From: Acidiferrobacterales bacterium
GTDB lineage: Bacteria; Pseudomonadota; Gammaproteobacteria; Acidiferrobacterales; UBA6901
Direction of reading: 5' to 3'
Length of the DNA stretch: 64,000 nucleotides
Assembly: GCA_036393295.1 (NCBI GenBank)
Contig: DASWHF010000045.1
Coordinates: 14,313 to 78,312, forward strand
The position numbers and the translations under genes were made by a program. Below the pieces are notes generated by a model. That model made no database searches. It worked only from the letters and a program-made list of their open reading frames with translations, and was not told the origin of the DNA. Position 1 is the stretch's first letter; each line of letters begins with the position of its first letter. Positions 18,459 to 28,592 of the stretch are shown piece after piece.

Positions 18459-19202
18459 TCAATTCATGTACATGCCGCCGTTCACGTGCAGGGTGATGCC
18501 GGTGATATAGCCGGCCTGCGGCGAGGCCAGGAAGGCGACCGCATGCGCGATGTCCTCGGCCTGCCCCAACCGCCCCAGCGGAATCTGCTGGATCAGCGCG
18601 CCGCGCTGCTCCTCGGAGAGCGCGCGCGTCATGTCGGTGTCGATGAAGCCCGGCGCCACCGCGTTCACCGTGATGTTGCGCGAGCCGATCTCGCGCGCCA
18701 GCGCCCGCGTGAAACCCATCACCCCGGCCTTGGCGGCGGCATAGTTGGTCTGGCCGGGATTGCCCGTGGCGCCGACCACCGAGCCGATGCTTATAATACG
18801 TCCTTTACGGGCCTTGGTCATGGCGCGCAGGCAGGCCTTGGACATGCGGTAGAGGGACTTGAGGTTGGTCTCCATGATGGCGTCCCACTCCTCGTCCTTC
18901 ATGCGCATCAACAGGTTGTCGCGGGTGATGCCGGCATTGTTCACCAGGATGCTGGGGGCGCCGGCGCCTTTCTGCATATGTTCGAGGAGCTGATCGATCG
19001 ATGCCGGATCGGTCACGTTGAGCACTGCACCCTCGCCTTTAATTCCGTTTTCTTTCAATATATTGCTAATCTTTTGTGCGCCATCACTTGAGGTTGCGGT
19101 GGCGATCACCGTGGCGCCCTGCCGGCCCAGCTCGAGGGCGATGGCCCGGCCGATGCCGCGGCTCGCGCCCGTCACCAGGGCGATCTCTCCAGTCAATGAC
19201 AT
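18459..19202 (-). CDS. fabG: 3-oxoacyl-ACP reductase
   Basis: TGASRGIGRAIA Rossmann motif, YAAAK catalytic motif, and position in the fab cluster. Confidence 0.95.
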   Translation of the reverse strand: MSLTGEIALVTGASRGIGRAIALELGRQGATVIATATSSDGAQKISNILKENGIKGEGAVLNVTDPASIDQLLEHMQKGAGAPSILVNNAGITRDNLLMRMKDEEWDAIMETNLKSLYRMSKACLRAMTKARKGRIISIGSVVGATGNPGQTNYAAAKAGVMGFTRALAREIGSRNITVNAVAPGFIDTDMTRALSEEQRGALIQQIPLGRLGQAEDIAHAVAFLASPQAGYITGITLHVNGGMYMN

Positions 19203-19218
19203 TTCGCGTGCGTCCCTC

Positions 19219-20172
19219 TTATTTCGCCGGCCGGGCGGCCGCTCCCACGGCGCCCAGGGCCAGCTTCAGGCTGTCGTCGTCGTACACCGGCAAGGTCGTG
19301 GCCTCCTTGGCGATGCGCTTGTTGAGCCCGGTCAGCACCCGGCCCGGGCCGCATTCTACCAGCTTGTCGACCCCGTCGGCGGCCATTTTCCGGACGATTT
19401 CCACCCAACGTACCGGCGACTCGATCTGCCGGACGAGCGCCTGCTTGATGGCCTCCGGGTCCTGCTCGGCGCGCACGTGGGCGTTGTGCAGCACCGGAAT
19501 CGCCGGCTTGCGCAGGCTGATGTCGGCAAGCCGCTCGGCCATGCGCTGCGCGGCCGGCTTCATCAGGGCACAGTGCGACGGCACGCTGACCGGCAGCATC
19601 ACGGCGCGCTTGGCGCCGGCGGCCTTGGCCTGCTCGACGGCCCGTTCCACCGCCGCCGCCGTGCCGGCGACCACCACCTGGCCCGGCGAATTGAAATTGA
19701 CCGGCGCCAGCACCTCGCCCTCGGCGGCCGCCTCGCATAGCTGCTTCACCTGCTCGTCTTCCAGGCCCAGGATCGCCGCTATGCCGCCCTGCCCCGGCGG
19801 CACCGCCTCCTGCATGTAGCGACCGCGGTCGGTGACCAGCTTGACGGCGGCGATGAAGTCGAGCGCCCCGGCGCAGGTCAGGGCCGTGTACTCACCGAGG
19901 CTGTGGCCCGCCATCACCACCGGCGCCGGCCCGCCGGCCTCACGCCACACGCGCCACACGGCGACTCCGGCCGCCAGCATCGCCGGCTGGGTATGTTCGG
20001 TCTGGTTGAGCCGCTCTTCGGGCCCGTCCGCGACCAGCTTCCACAGATCGTAGCCGAGCGCGCCCGAGGCCTCGGTGAAGGTGTCCTTCACCTGCGGGTG
20101 CCGGGCCGCCAGGTCGGTGAGCATGCCGACCGATTGCGAGCCCTGTCCGGGGAAAACGAATGCCAATGACAT
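19219..20172 (-). CDS. fabD: malonyl-CoA:ACP transacylase
   Basis: FVFPGQGSQ and GHSLGEY motifs. Confidence 0.95.
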   Translation of the reverse strand: MSLAFVFPGQGSQSVGMLTDLAARHPQVKDTFTEASGALGYDLWKLVADGPEERLNQTEHTQPAMLAAGVAVWRVWREAGGPAPVVMAGHSLGEYTALTCAGALDFIAAVKLVTDRGRYMQEAVPPGQGGIAAILGLEDEQVKQLCEAAAEGEVLAPVNFNSPGQVVVAGTAAAVERAVEQAKAAGAKRAVMLPVSVPSHCALMKPAAQRMAERLADISLRKPAIPVLHNAHVRAEQDPEAIKQALVRQIESPVRWVEIVRKMAADGVDKLVECGPGRVLTGLNKRIAKEATTLPVYDDDSLKLALGAVGAAARPAK

Positions 20173-20214
20173 AATTTTAAGGCCCGTATGGAATCTGCGT
20201 GATTTTCCGGCGCA

Positions 20215-21183
20215 TCAAAAAGTGAGCAGCACCGAGCCCCAGGTGAAGCCGCCGCCGAAGGCCTCCATGAGCACGGTATCGCCGCGCTCGATGCGGCCGT
20301 CGCGCACCGCCTCGTCGAAGGCCAGCGGGATCGAGGCGGCCGAGGTGTTGCCGTGCCGGTCGACCGTCACCACCACATGGTCCATGGACATGCCGAGCTT
20401 CTTGGCGGTGGCGCTGATGATGCGGATATTGGCCTGGTGCGGCACCAGCCACTTGACGTCGCTCTTCTGCATCTTGTTGGCCTCGAGGGTCTCGTCGACG
20501 ATGCGCCCGAGGGTGTTGACCGCGACCTTGAAGACCTCGTTGCCCTGCATCTGCACGTAGGCCTCATTGCGCATGACCTGGTCGTAACCCTGCGAGATGC
20601 CGGCCGGCACCGTCAGCAGCTCCTTGTACTGGCCGTCGGCGTGCAGGTGCGAGGAGATGATGCCCGGACGCGCGTCGGGCTTCAGCACCACCGCGCCGGC
20701 GCCGTCGCCGAACAGCACGCAGGTGCCGCGGTCGGTCCAATCGACGATGCGCGACAGCGTCTCGGCGCCGACCACCAGCGCGCACTTCGCGCTGCCGAGC
20801 CGCAGGAACTTGTCGGCGATGTCGAGCGCGTAGACGAAACCGGTGCACACCGCCTGCACGTCGAAGGCCGCGCAGCCGTGGATGCCGAGCCGCTCCTGCA
20901 GCAGGCAGGCGGTGCTGGGGAAGATGCGGTCGGGCGTGGTGGTGGCGACGATGATGAGGTCGATCTCCGCCGGATCGGTGTCGGCCGCGGCCAGCGCCTT
21001 GCGCGCGGCCCGTTCGGCCAGGTCGCAGGTGGTCTCGCCGTCGGCGGCGATATGGCGCTCGCGGATGCCGGTGCGCGAGACGATCCACTCGTCCGTGGTA
21101 TCGACCATCTTTTCCAGATCGGCGTTGGTCAGGACCTTGTCGGGAAGGTGACCGCCGGTGCCGACGATGCGTGAATGTGTCAT
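20215..21183 (-). CDS. fabH: 3-oxoacyl-ACP synthase III
   Basis: Full-length KAS III-like ORF ([10 protein letters not shown] active-site Cys region). ATGA overlap with the plsX stop. Confidence 0.95.
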   Translation of the reverse strand: MTHSRIVGTGGHLPDKVLTNADLEKMVDTTDEWIVSRTGIRERHIAADGETTCDLAERAARKALAAADTDPAEIDLIIVATTTPDRIFPSTACLLQERLGIHGCAAFDVQAVCTGFVYALDIADKFLRLGSAKCALVVGAETLSRIVDWTDRGTCVLFGDGAGAVVLKPDARPGIISSHLHADGQYKELLTVPAGISQGYDQVMRNEAYVQMQGNEVFKVAVNTLGRIVDETLEANKMQKSDVKWLVPHQANIRIISATAKKLGMSMDHVVVTVDRHGNTSAASIPLAFDEAVRDGRIERGDTVLMEAFGGGFTWGSVLLTF

Positions 21184-22214
21184 GCGGTCTCGCTGGTGCT
21201 CTGCGGGGTGCTCAGCATGGATGCCAGACGGCGGCCGATCAGCTGCGGAACCTCCTTGTGCGCCTCGGACAGCGCCACCAGGATGGCGCGCTCGAAGGCG
21301 TAGGCATCGGCGCTGCCATGGCTCTTGATGACCACGCCGTTGAGGCCCACCAGGGTCCCGCCATTGTAGTGGCGCGGATCCACGCTGCGCCGGAAGGCCT
21401 TGATCACCGGCAGCGCGATCAACCCGGCCAGCCGGGTAAAGGTATTCCGCATGAATGCCTGCTTCATCATCTGCGAAATCATCTTGGCCAGCCCCTCGCT
21501 CGCCTTCATCGTCACGTTGCCGACGAAGCCGTCACAGACAATGACGTCGGCCTTGCCGGTGAAGATCTCGTCGCCTTCCACATAGCCGCCGTAGTGGATG
21601 CCGCTGGCGCGCAGCAGCTCGGCGGCCTTCTTTACGGTGTCGTTGCCCTTGATGTCCTCGACGCCGATGTTGAGTAGGCAGACCTTGGGGTCGGGCTTGC
21701 CCTCGATCGCGCCGACCAGCAGCGACCCCATGATGCCGAACTGCAACAACTGTTCGGGCGTGGAGTCGACGTTGGCGCCGAGATCCAGTATGTGCACGTG
21801 ACCGTGCAGGGTCGGCCAAGCGGTGATGATCGCCGGCCGGTCGATGCCCGGCAGCGTCTTGAGCACGAAGCGCGCCGTGGCCATGAGCGCCCCGGTGTTG
21901 CCGGCGCTGACGCAGGCATCGGCCGCGCCCTCCTTGACGAGATTGATGGCCACGCGCATGGACGAATCCTTCTTGCCGCGCAGCGCCTGGGCCGGCGGCT
22001 CGTCCATGCCGACCGTCTCGGAGGCGTGCCGGATGATCAGGCGCGGCCCCTCGGTGCGGCGCCGGGCCGCCAACGCCTCGCGCAGCGCGTCCGCGCGCCC
22101 GACCAGTATCAGCTTGAGGTCGGGCTGCCGGTCGTGCACCGCCAATGCGGCGGGAACGGTGACGCTGAGGCCATGGTCGCCCCCCATGGCGTCCAGAGCG
22201 ATGGTGACGGTCAA
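21180..22214 (-). CDS. plsX: phosphate acyltransferase PlsX
   Basis: [16 protein letters not shown]-terminus and conserved position. Confidence 0.95.
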   Translation of the reverse strand: MTVTIALDAMGGDHGLSVTVPAALAVHDRQPDLKLILVGRADALREALAARRRTEGPRLIIRHASETVGMDEPPAQALRGKKDSSMRVAINLVKEGAADACVSAGNTGALMATARFVLKTLPGIDRPAIITAWPTLHGHVHILDLGANVDSTPEQLLQFGIMGSLLVGAIEGKPDPKVCLLNIGVEDIKGNDTVKKAAELLRASGIHYGGYVEGDEIFTGKADVIVCDGFVGNVTMKASEGLAKMISQMMKQAFMRNTFTRLAGLIALPVIKAFRRSVDPRHYNGGTLVGLNGVVIKSHGSADAYAFERAILVALSEAHKEVPQLIGRRLASMLSTPQSTSETA

Positions 22215-22252
22215 GGGCGACTACCCCGCATCGGCCTCAGAGCCCGCTCGGG

Positions 22253-22432
22253 TCAGTCGGACTTCGTGTCGATGACCTTGCGCCCGCGATAGAAGCCGCT
22301 GGCGCTGACATGGTGGCGTCGGTGGGTCTCGCCGCTGGTCGGCTCGATGGAGAAATTGGGCGTCTTCAGAGCATCGTGCGAACGGCGCATCCCGCGTTTC
22401 GACGGCGTCTTGCGACTCTTTTGAACTGCCAT
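22253..22432 (-). CDS. rpmF: 50S ribosomal protein L32
   Basis: The internal ATG of the track ORF gives [22 protein letters not shown], 59 aa. Confidence 0.95.
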   Translation of the reverse strand: MAVQKSRKTPSKRGMRRSHDALKTPNFSIEPTSGETHRRHHVSASGFYRGRKVIDTKSD

Positions 22433-22467
22433 TTGATGTTCCTCGTTCCAGAACTGACAAAAATTCG

Positions 22468-22992
22468 TTACCGCTGGTCCTTCTTGCCGCGTTTCAGCTG
22501 CCGAAGCCCCGCGAACGGGTGCGGCCGTCCACCGCCGGCATCGTCCTCGGCGACGGCCGCGGTCCGGCACGTACCGGGCGCGTGCCGCGCGAACATCGGC
22601 AGCGCCAGGATCAGCTCGTCCTCGACCAGCGCCGCCAGGCTCAAGGGGCCCGGCACCTCGAGCGCCTCGTCGGACTCATCGGCCCCATCGGCCGAACGCG
22701 CCGTCTCGCCCGGCCGGCGCAGCAACAGCATGACGTCGGCGTGCACCGGACAGCTCACCGCTTCGAGGCAGCGCTGACAGGTGAAGCTCAGCTCGGCATC
22801 GAGCCGGCCGCGCATCAGCCGCTGGCCCTCACTGCTGCGTTCGAAACTCAGGTCCAGCACCACCTGCCCGCCGGGGTCGCGGCACAGCGCGAGCAGCCGC
22901 GGCATGGCCTCCGGCGACAACTCCCCTTTGAGGCGCACGCCCTCGTCGGCGAGCCTCAGCGGGTCGATGATCGCGGGCAAGCTGCCGAACAT
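22468..22992 (-). CDS. yceD: YceD/DUF177 family protein
   Basis: Conserved position upstream of rpmF. DUF177-like sequence with CQRCLE...HAD. Confidence 0.85.
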   Translation of the reverse strand: MFGSLPAIIDPLRLADEGVRLKGELSPEAMPRLLALCRDPGGQVVLDLSFERSSEGQRLMRGRLDAELSFTCQRCLEAVSCPVHADVMLLLRRPGETARSADGADESDEALEVPGPLSLAALVEDELILALPMFARHAPGTCRTAAVAEDDAGGGRPHPFAGLRQLKRGKKDQR

Positions 22993-23167
22993 AAGCCGCG
23001 CATCATATAACTGCGCGTATTCGCTGTCAAAATTACCTTACCCCGGCCCGGGAATATTGACACCCCCGCCACCCTTCCGTAAAAAGGTCGGTCCCGGCTG
23101 CCCGCCGCCCCCAGCCGGCGCGCCTCCGGCCCGGAAACCGGCACGCCACCGCCCACAGGAGCCCGGC

Positions 23168-24586
23168 TTGATCTCGAAGATCCTGGTAGCCAATCGCGGC
23201 GAGATCGCGGTCCGCATCGTACGCGCCTGCGCCGAGCTCGGCATCACCTCGGCGGTGATCTATTCCGACGCCGATCGCAGCGCCCTGCACGTCAAGAAGG
23301 CCGATGAGGCCTACAGTCTGGGGCCGGACCCGGTGGGCGGCTATCTCAACGTTCACCGCATCGTGAACCTCGCAGTCACCGCCGGCTGTGACGCCCTGCA
23401 TCCGGGTTACGGCTTCCTGTCGGAGAATCCCCAGCTCGCCGAGGTCTGCGCGCGCCGCGGCGTCCGCTTCATCGGCCCCAGCGCGGAGGTCATCCGCCGC
23501 ATGGGTGACAAGATCGAGGCGCGCCGGGCCATGATCGCCGCCGGCATCCCGGTGGTGCCCGGCAGCGATGCCAGCCTCGCGGACCTGGACGAGGCCCTGG
23601 CCCTGGCCGGGCGCATCGGCTACCCGGTGATGCTCAAGGCCACCACCGGCGGCGGCGGGCGCGGTATCCGCCGCTGCGAAGACGAAGCCGAGCTCGAGCG
23701 CAATTTCGAGCGCGTCGTCTCCGAGGCCGGCAAGGCCTTCGGCTCGGCCGATGTGTTCGTCGAGAAGTTCGTCAGCCGCCCGCGCCATATCGAGGTGCAG
23801 GTGCTCGGCGACAGCCACGGCAATCTGGTGCACCTGTTCGAGCGCGACTGCTCGATTCAGCGGCGCAACCAGAAGCTGGTGGAGATCGCGCCCTCGCCGC
23901 AGCTCAGCGACGCACAGCGCACCGAGGTCTGCGCGCTGGGGGTGCGCGCGGCGCGCGCCGTCGGTTACGAGAATGCCGGCACCGTGGAGTTCCTGCTCGA
24001 CCGCGACGGGCATTTCTATTTCATGGAGATGAACACCCGCCTGCAGGTCGAGCACACCGTCACCGAGCAGATCACCGGGGTCGACATCGTCCAGGAGCAG
24101 ATCCGCATCGCCGCCGGCGAGCCGCTGTCCTACACCCAGGACCGGATCCAGCGGCGCGGCTACGCCATCCAGTTCCGCATCAATGCCGAGGACCCGAAGA
24201 ACGATTTCCTGCCGAACTACGGGCGAATCACGCGCTATTACTCGCCCGGCGGCCCCGGCGTGCGCACCGACGCGGCGATCTACACCGGCTACGAGTTTCC
24301 GCCGTACTACGATTCAATGTGCGCCAAGCTCACGATCTGGGCGCTCGACTGGGAACGCGCGCTGGCGCGCGCCCGGCGCGCGTTGCGCGACATGGGCGTG
24401 TCGGGCGTGAAGACCACCATCCCCTATCACATGCAGATCCTCAAGGCCGAGGCCTTCCGCAGCGCGCAGTTCGATACCGGGTTCGTCGAGCAGCATCCGG
24501 AGCTGATAAACTACTCGCAGCGGCGCCCGCCGGCGCATCTCGCGGCCGCCATCGCCGCCGCGATCGCGGCGCATCACCGTCTGTAA
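23168..24586 (+). CDS. pycA: biotin carboxylase subunit of two-subunit pyruvate carboxylase (PycA-like)
   Basis: TTG start at 23168 with AGGAG 6 nt upstream, in frame with track ORF 22781..24586. ISKILVANRGEIAVRIVRA and the ATP-grasp body are present, and the carboxyltransferase/biotinyl subunit gene follows. Confidence 0.85.
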   Translation: MISKILVANRGEIAVRIVRACAELGITSAVIYSDADRSALHVKKADEAYSLGPDPVGGYLNVHRIVNLAVTAGCDALHPGYGFLSENPQLAEVCARRGVRFIGPSAEVIRRMGDKIEARRAMIAAGIPVVPGSDASLADLDEALALAGRIGYPVMLKATTGGGGRGIRRCEDEAELERNFERVVSEAGKAFGSADVFVEKFVSRPRHIEVQVLGDSHGNLVHLFERDCSIQRRNQKLVEIAPSPQLSDAQRTEVCALGVRAARAVGYENAGTVEFLLDRDGHFYFMEMNTRLQVEHTVTEQITGVDIVQEQIRIAAGEPLSYTQDRIQRRGYAIQFRINAEDPKNDFLPNYGRITRYYSPGGPGVRTDAAIYTGYEFPPYYDSMCAKLTIWALDWERALARARRALRDMGVSGVKTTIPYHMQILKAEAFRSAQFDTGFVEQHPELINYSQRRPPAHLAAAIAAAIAAHHRL

Positions 24587-24599
24587 TCAGGCAGCGCGC

Positions 24600-26435
24600 A
24601 TGGCATCGAAAAACAAGGTCCACATCACCGAGCTGATCCTGCGCGACGCGCACCAGTCGCTGATCGCGACCCGGCTGCGCACCGAGGACATGCTGCCAAT
24701 CTGCCCGAAGCTGGACCAGGCCGGTTTCTGGTCGCTCGAGGCCTGGGGCGGTGCGACCTTCGATGCCAGTATCCGCTTCCTGAAGGAGGACCCCTGGGAG
24801 CGGCTGCGCCGGCTCAAGGCCGCGTTGCCCGCGACGCCGATCCAGATGCTGTTGCGCGGCCAGAACCTGCTCGGCTACCGGCATTACTCCGACGACGTGG
24901 TGCGCGCCTTCGTGGACAAGGCGGCCGAGAACGGGGTGGACGTGTTCCGCATCTTCGACGCCATGAACGATCTGCGCAACCTCACGGTCTCGGTGCAGGC
25001 GGTGATCGACGCCGGCAAGCACGCCCAGGGGGCGATCTGTTACACGACCAGCCCGGTGCACACCATCGAGCACTTCGTCGCCCAGGCCGTCGCGCTGGAG
25101 AAGATGGGCTGCCACTCGATCGCCATCAAGGACATGGCCGGGCTGCTCACCCCGGCGCGCGCCGCCGAGCTGTTCCGCGCGCTGGCGAAGGCGGTCGGGC
25201 TGCCGCTGCACTTCCATTCGCACAGCACCGTGGGCGTGGCCAACATCGCCATGTACGAGGCGGTCGCCAACGGCTGCCGGCACGTCGACACCGCGTTGAG
25301 CGCCATGTCCTGGGGCACCAGCCATTCGCCGACCGAGAGCATGGTGGTGGCGTTCCGCGACACGCCCTACGACACCGGTCTCGACCTCGAGCGGCTGCAG
25401 GAGATCGGTTTCTACTTCCACGAGGTGCGCAAGAAATACCACCAGTTCGAGAGCGACTTCAACGGCGTCGACACGCGCGTGCAGATCAACCAGGTGCCGG
25501 GCGGCATGATGTCCAATCTCTCGCACCAGTTGAAGGAGCAAGGCGCGCTGCACCGCATGAGCGAGGTGCTGGCCGAGATCCCGCGGGTGCGCGAGGACCT
25601 GGGCTACCCGCCGCTGGTGACGCCGACCTCGCAGATCGTCGGCACCCAGGCGGTGCTGAACGTGCTGACCGGCAGCCGTTACAAGAGCATCACCAACGAG
25701 GTGAAGTTCTACCTGCAGGGCCGCTACGGCCGCGCGCCGGGTACGATCAACGACGCCGTGCGCAAGATGGCGATCGGCGACGAGACGGTCATCACCTGCC
25801 GCCCGGCCGACCAGCTGAGTCCGGAAATGGACCGGCTGCGCCACGACATCGGCGCGCTCGCCCGCAGTGAAGAGGACGTGCTGACCTACGCGATGTTCCC
25901 CGAGGTCGGGCGCGCCTTCCTCGAGGGCCGCGCCGCCGGCACGCTCACGCCCGAGCCGCTGCTGCCGCCGCCCGGCGCGCAGGCCCCGGTGCATCCGCTC
26001 GCGCCCACCGAGTTCAACGTCACGGTGCACGGCGAGACCTATCACCTGAAGATCACCGGCGCCGGCCACCGCAGCGAGGAGCGCCGGCCGTTCTACGTAT
26101 CGGTGGACGGCGTGCCCGAGGAGATCCTGGTGGAGACGCTCATGGAGGTCGTGCCCACCGAGGGCGGCGTGGTCGATACCCGGCGCGTGTCGAAGGACTC
26201 GCGCCGCCCCAGGGCCTCCCAGGAGGGCGACGTCACCAGCTCCATGCCCGGCACCGTCGTCGATGTGCTGGTGAAAGTCGGCGACAAGCTGAAGGCCGGC
26301 GATCCGGTGCTGGTGATCGAGGCCATGAAAATGGAGAACGAGGTCCCGGCGCCGATCGCCGGCACCGTCAAGGCCGTCAACATCGCCAAGGGCGACAACG
26401 TCAATCCGGACGAGGCGTTGGTGGAAATCGAATAG
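24600..26435 (+). CDS. pycB: pyruvate carboxylase subunit B (carboxyltransferase plus biotinyl carrier; OadA-like)
   Basis: ITELILRDAHQSL TIM-barrel carboxyltransferase N-terminus, and a C-terminal EAMKMEN biotinylation motif. Confidence 0.85.
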   Translation: MASKNKVHITELILRDAHQSLIATRLRTEDMLPICPKLDQAGFWSLEAWGGATFDASIRFLKEDPWERLRRLKAALPATPIQMLLRGQNLLGYRHYSDDVVRAFVDKAAENGVDVFRIFDAMNDLRNLTVSVQAVIDAGKHAQGAICYTTSPVHTIEHFVAQAVALEKMGCHSIAIKDMAGLLTPARAAELFRALAKAVGLPLHFHSHSTVGVANIAMYEAVANGCRHVDTALSAMSWGTSHSPTESMVVAFRDTPYDTGLDLERLQEIGFYFHEVRKKYHQFESDFNGVDTRVQINQVPGGMMSNLSHQLKEQGALHRMSEVLAEIPRVREDLGYPPLVTPTSQIVGTQAVLNVLTGSRYKSITNEVKFYLQGRYGRAPGTINDAVRKMAIGDETVITCRPADQLSPEMDRLRHDIGALARSEEDVLTYAMFPEVGRAFLEGRAAGTLTPEPLLPPPGAQAPVHPLAPTEFNVTVHGETYHLKITGAGHRSEERRPFYVSVDGVPEEILVETLMEVVPTEGGVVDTRRVSKDSRRPRASQEGDVTSSMPGTVVDVLVKVGDKLKAGDPVLVIEAMKMENEVPAPIAGTVKAVNIAKGDNVNPDEALVEIE

Positions 26436-26440
26436 CCTGC

Positions 26441-26496
26441 GTAGGGTGGGGCCCTGCCCCACCATAACCTTTCGGTGGGGCACGGCCCCACCCTAC
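26441..26496. repeat. REP doublet, family II (GTAGGGTGGGGCCCTGCCCCACC ... GGTGGGGCACGGCCCCACCCTAC)
   Basis: Inverted pair with a GTAG head and CTAC tail. Each unit is an 8-bp G-rich stem plus a 3-nt loop. A second copy of the family is at 54736-54809. Confidence 0.85.
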
Positions 26497-26518
26497 TCCT
26501 ACACTGGTCACTGCATTT

Positions 26519-27094
26519 ATGCGCCTAATACTCGCCTCCACCTCCCGCTTCCGCCGCGAGCTGTTGTTGCGGCTGCTGCTGCCGTTCGAGGTGGTGGCAC
26601 CGGACGTCGACGAGGCGCCGCGGGCGGGCGAGTCGCCCGAGGCGCTGGTCGAGCGCCTGGCGGTCGCCAAGGCCGAGACGGTGGCGGCGGCACATCCGGG
26701 GGCGCTGGTCATCGGTTCCGACCAGGTCGCGGTGCAGCGCGGGGAAATCGTCGGCAAGCCCGGCAACCATGCCGGGGCCGTGGAGCAACTGCGTGCGGCC
26801 TCCGGTCAGCGTGTCACGCTGTACACCGGATTGGCGCTGGTCAACGGCGCGACCGGGAGGGTTCGGCGCGAAGTGATCCCCTACAGCACGCAGTTCCGCA
26901 CGCTCACGGACGCGCAGATCGAGCGTTATCTGAAACGCGAGCAGCCCTACAACTGTGCCGGCAGCCTGCGCTCGGAAGGATTGGGCATTGCCCTGTTGGA
27001 GCGCTTCGCGGGCGACGACCCGACGGCCCTCATCGGCCTGCCGCTGATACGGCTGGTGCGCATGCTCGAGGCCGAGGGCGTTGAGGTGATTTGA
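26519..27094 (+). CDS. maf: Maf-family nucleoside triphosphate pyrophosphatase (YceF type)
   Basis: MRLILASTSRFRRELL N-terminus; full-length Maf-like ORF. Confidence 0.88.
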   Translation: MRLILASTSRFRRELLLRLLLPFEVVAPDVDEAPRAGESPEALVERLAVAKAETVAAAHPGALVIGSDQVAVQRGEIVGKPGNHAGAVEQLRAASGQRVTLYTGLALVNGATGRVRREVIPYSTQFRTLTDAQIERYLKREQPYNCAGSLRSEGLGIALLERFAGDDPTALIGLPLIRLVRMLEAEGVEVI

Positions 27095-27106
27095 AACATA
27101 ATAATT

Positions 27107-27175
27107 GTAGGCGGGGCTTCCAGCCCCGCCGTGTTCGGATTTGCACGGCATCGCGGGGCTAGAAGCCCCGCCTAC
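27107..27175. repeat. REP doublet, family I (GTAGGCGGGGCTTCCAGCCCCGCC ... GCGGGGCTAGAAGCCCCGCCTAC)
   Basis: Inverted pair with GTAG/CTAC ends. Each unit is a 9-bp stem plus a 3-nt loop. Other copies are at 41617-41686 and 48345-48443. Confidence 0.85.
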
Positions 27176-27181
27176 AGTTTA

Positions 27182-28159
27182 TTACTTCATCACCGGCGTG
27201 CGCTGCAGGATCTCGGTGCCGAGACCGCGCGCCATGGCGGTGCCGAGGCGCCGGGCGAAGCGGTCGAAGAAGCCCGGCTGGACGGTGAAGTCGACGATGT
27301 CCTCGGCGCCGATCACCTCGCGCGCGACGTAACCGGCGCTGCCGAACTCGTCGATGAGACCGAGCGCGCGGGCCCTGTCGCCGGTCCAGAACAGACCGCT
27401 GAACAGATCCTTGTCGTCCTTGAGCGCCTCACCGCGCCCCTCCTCGACGGTGGCGATGAACTGCTCGTGGATCTCCTTGAGCAGCGTCTCGGCGTGGCGG
27501 CGCGACTTGGCGTCGAGCGGCGAGAACGGGTCGAGCATGCCCTTGTTCTCGCCGGCGGTCAGCAGGCGCCGCTCGATGCCGAGCTTTTTCATGCCGTCGA
27601 CGAAGCCGAAGCCGTCCATCAGCACGCCGATCGAGCCGACGATGCTGGCGGGATTGGCGTAGATCTTGCGCGCGCCGGCGACCGCGTAGTAACAGCCGGA
27701 GGCGCAGATGTCGCCGACCACGGCGTACAACGGCACCTCGGGATACAGTTCCTGCAGGCGCTTGATCTCGTCGTAGATATAGGCGGCCTGCACCGGGCTG
27801 CCGCCCGGGCTGTTGGTGCGCAGGATCACGCCGACCGTGCCCTTGTCCTCGAAGGCGGCGCGCAGGCCGGTGATCACGTTGTCGGCGCTGGCGTCGCCGC
27901 CGAACTCGATCACGCCGTCGAGATCGACCAGCGCGGTGTAGCGCTTGGCGAGCGGACGGTCGCCCCAGCCGCCGGCCAGGAACAGGATCAGCAGCAACAG
28001 CAGATAGGCCGCCAGGAACAGCTTGAAGAAAATTCCCCAACGCCGCGCCCGGCGCTGCTCGATCAGCGACTCCGCCGCCAGGCGTTCGAGGACCTGGCGC
28101 TCCCAGCCGCCGCCCGGCGACGTCGATGCTCCCGATGAGGATATGGTGTTCTCGCTCAT
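27182..28159 (-). CDS. sppA: signal peptide peptidase SppA, 36K type (S49 family)
   Basis: Start at MSENTISS. N-terminal TM followed by an S49 body (ASGCYY, SIGV). Confidence 0.85.
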   Translation of the reverse strand: MSENTISSSGASTSPGGGWERQVLERLAAESLIEQRRARRWGIFFKLFLAAYLLLLLILFLAGGWGDRPLAKRYTALVDLDGVIEFGGDASADNVITGLRAAFEDKGTVGVILRTNSPGGSPVQAAYIYDEIKRLQELYPEVPLYAVVGDICASGCYYAVAGARKIYANPASIVGSIGVLMDGFGFVDGMKKLGIERRLLTAGENKGMLDPFSPLDAKSRRHAETLLKEIHEQFIATVEEGRGEALKDDKDLFSGLFWTGDRARALGLIDEFGSAGYVAREVIGAEDIVDFTVQPGFFDRFARRLGTAMARGLGTEILQRTPVMK

Positions 28160-28178
28160 GTTCGTGTCTTCCGCAGTG

Positions 28179-28592
28179 TCATTCGGCGCCCGGCGCGACC
28201 GCGCCGTCGTCCAGGTCACGGTGCCGGCCGAGCAGCAGCCGCCCGCCCCGCTCCAGCACCGGCAGGGCGACGAGGCCCAGGCCCGCGCACGGCCCGCCCA
28301 GGCAGGTGCCGGTGGCGGGATGATAGCGCGCGCCGTGCGTGGCGCATATCAGTTCGCTTCCCGCGGCGTCGAAGAATTCGCCCTCGATCCAATCGAGCTC
28401 GACGGCGCGGTGCGCGCAGCGGTTCAAGTAGGCTTGCGCCCGGCCCGCATGGCGCACGGCAAAGGCCGGCGCCGGCAGGCCGCGCCAGCGTACCCGGAAG
28501 CGCACCCCCGGCCCGCCGTCGCGTAGCGCCGCGCTGGCGCAGATCGCCTCGCCGGCGGCGAGCGGCCGGTCGGCGCGGCCCGTCGTCGTCAT
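28179..28592 (-). CDS. small Rieske (2Fe-2S) domain protein
   Basis: CAHRAVELD (CxH) and CATHGARY (CxxH) motifs. ATGA overlap with the upstream HAD gene stop. Confidence 0.8.
   Translation of the reverse strand: MTTTGRADRPLAAGEAICASAALRDGGPGVRFRVRWRGLPAPAFAVRHAGRAQAYLNRCAHRAVELDWIEGEFFDAAGSELICATHGARYHPATGTCLGGPCAGLGLVALPVLERGGRLLLGRHRDLDDGAVAPGAE

Noticed and set aside
22781-23167. N-terminal extension of the biotin carboxylase ORF back to 22781
   Set aside because: The extension overlaps yceD on the opposite strand and is Pro/Ser/Arg-rich. The family N-terminus (ISKILVANRGEIA) begins at a TTG with a good AGGAG site at 23157-23161.
24600-26435. The OadA-like gene as part of a sodium-pumping oxaloacetate decarboxylase
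   Set aside because: No oadB or oadG membrane subunit genes are adjacent. Instead it is preceded by a stand-alone biotin carboxylase, which is the arrangement of two-subunit pyruvate (or 2-oxoacid) carboxylases.
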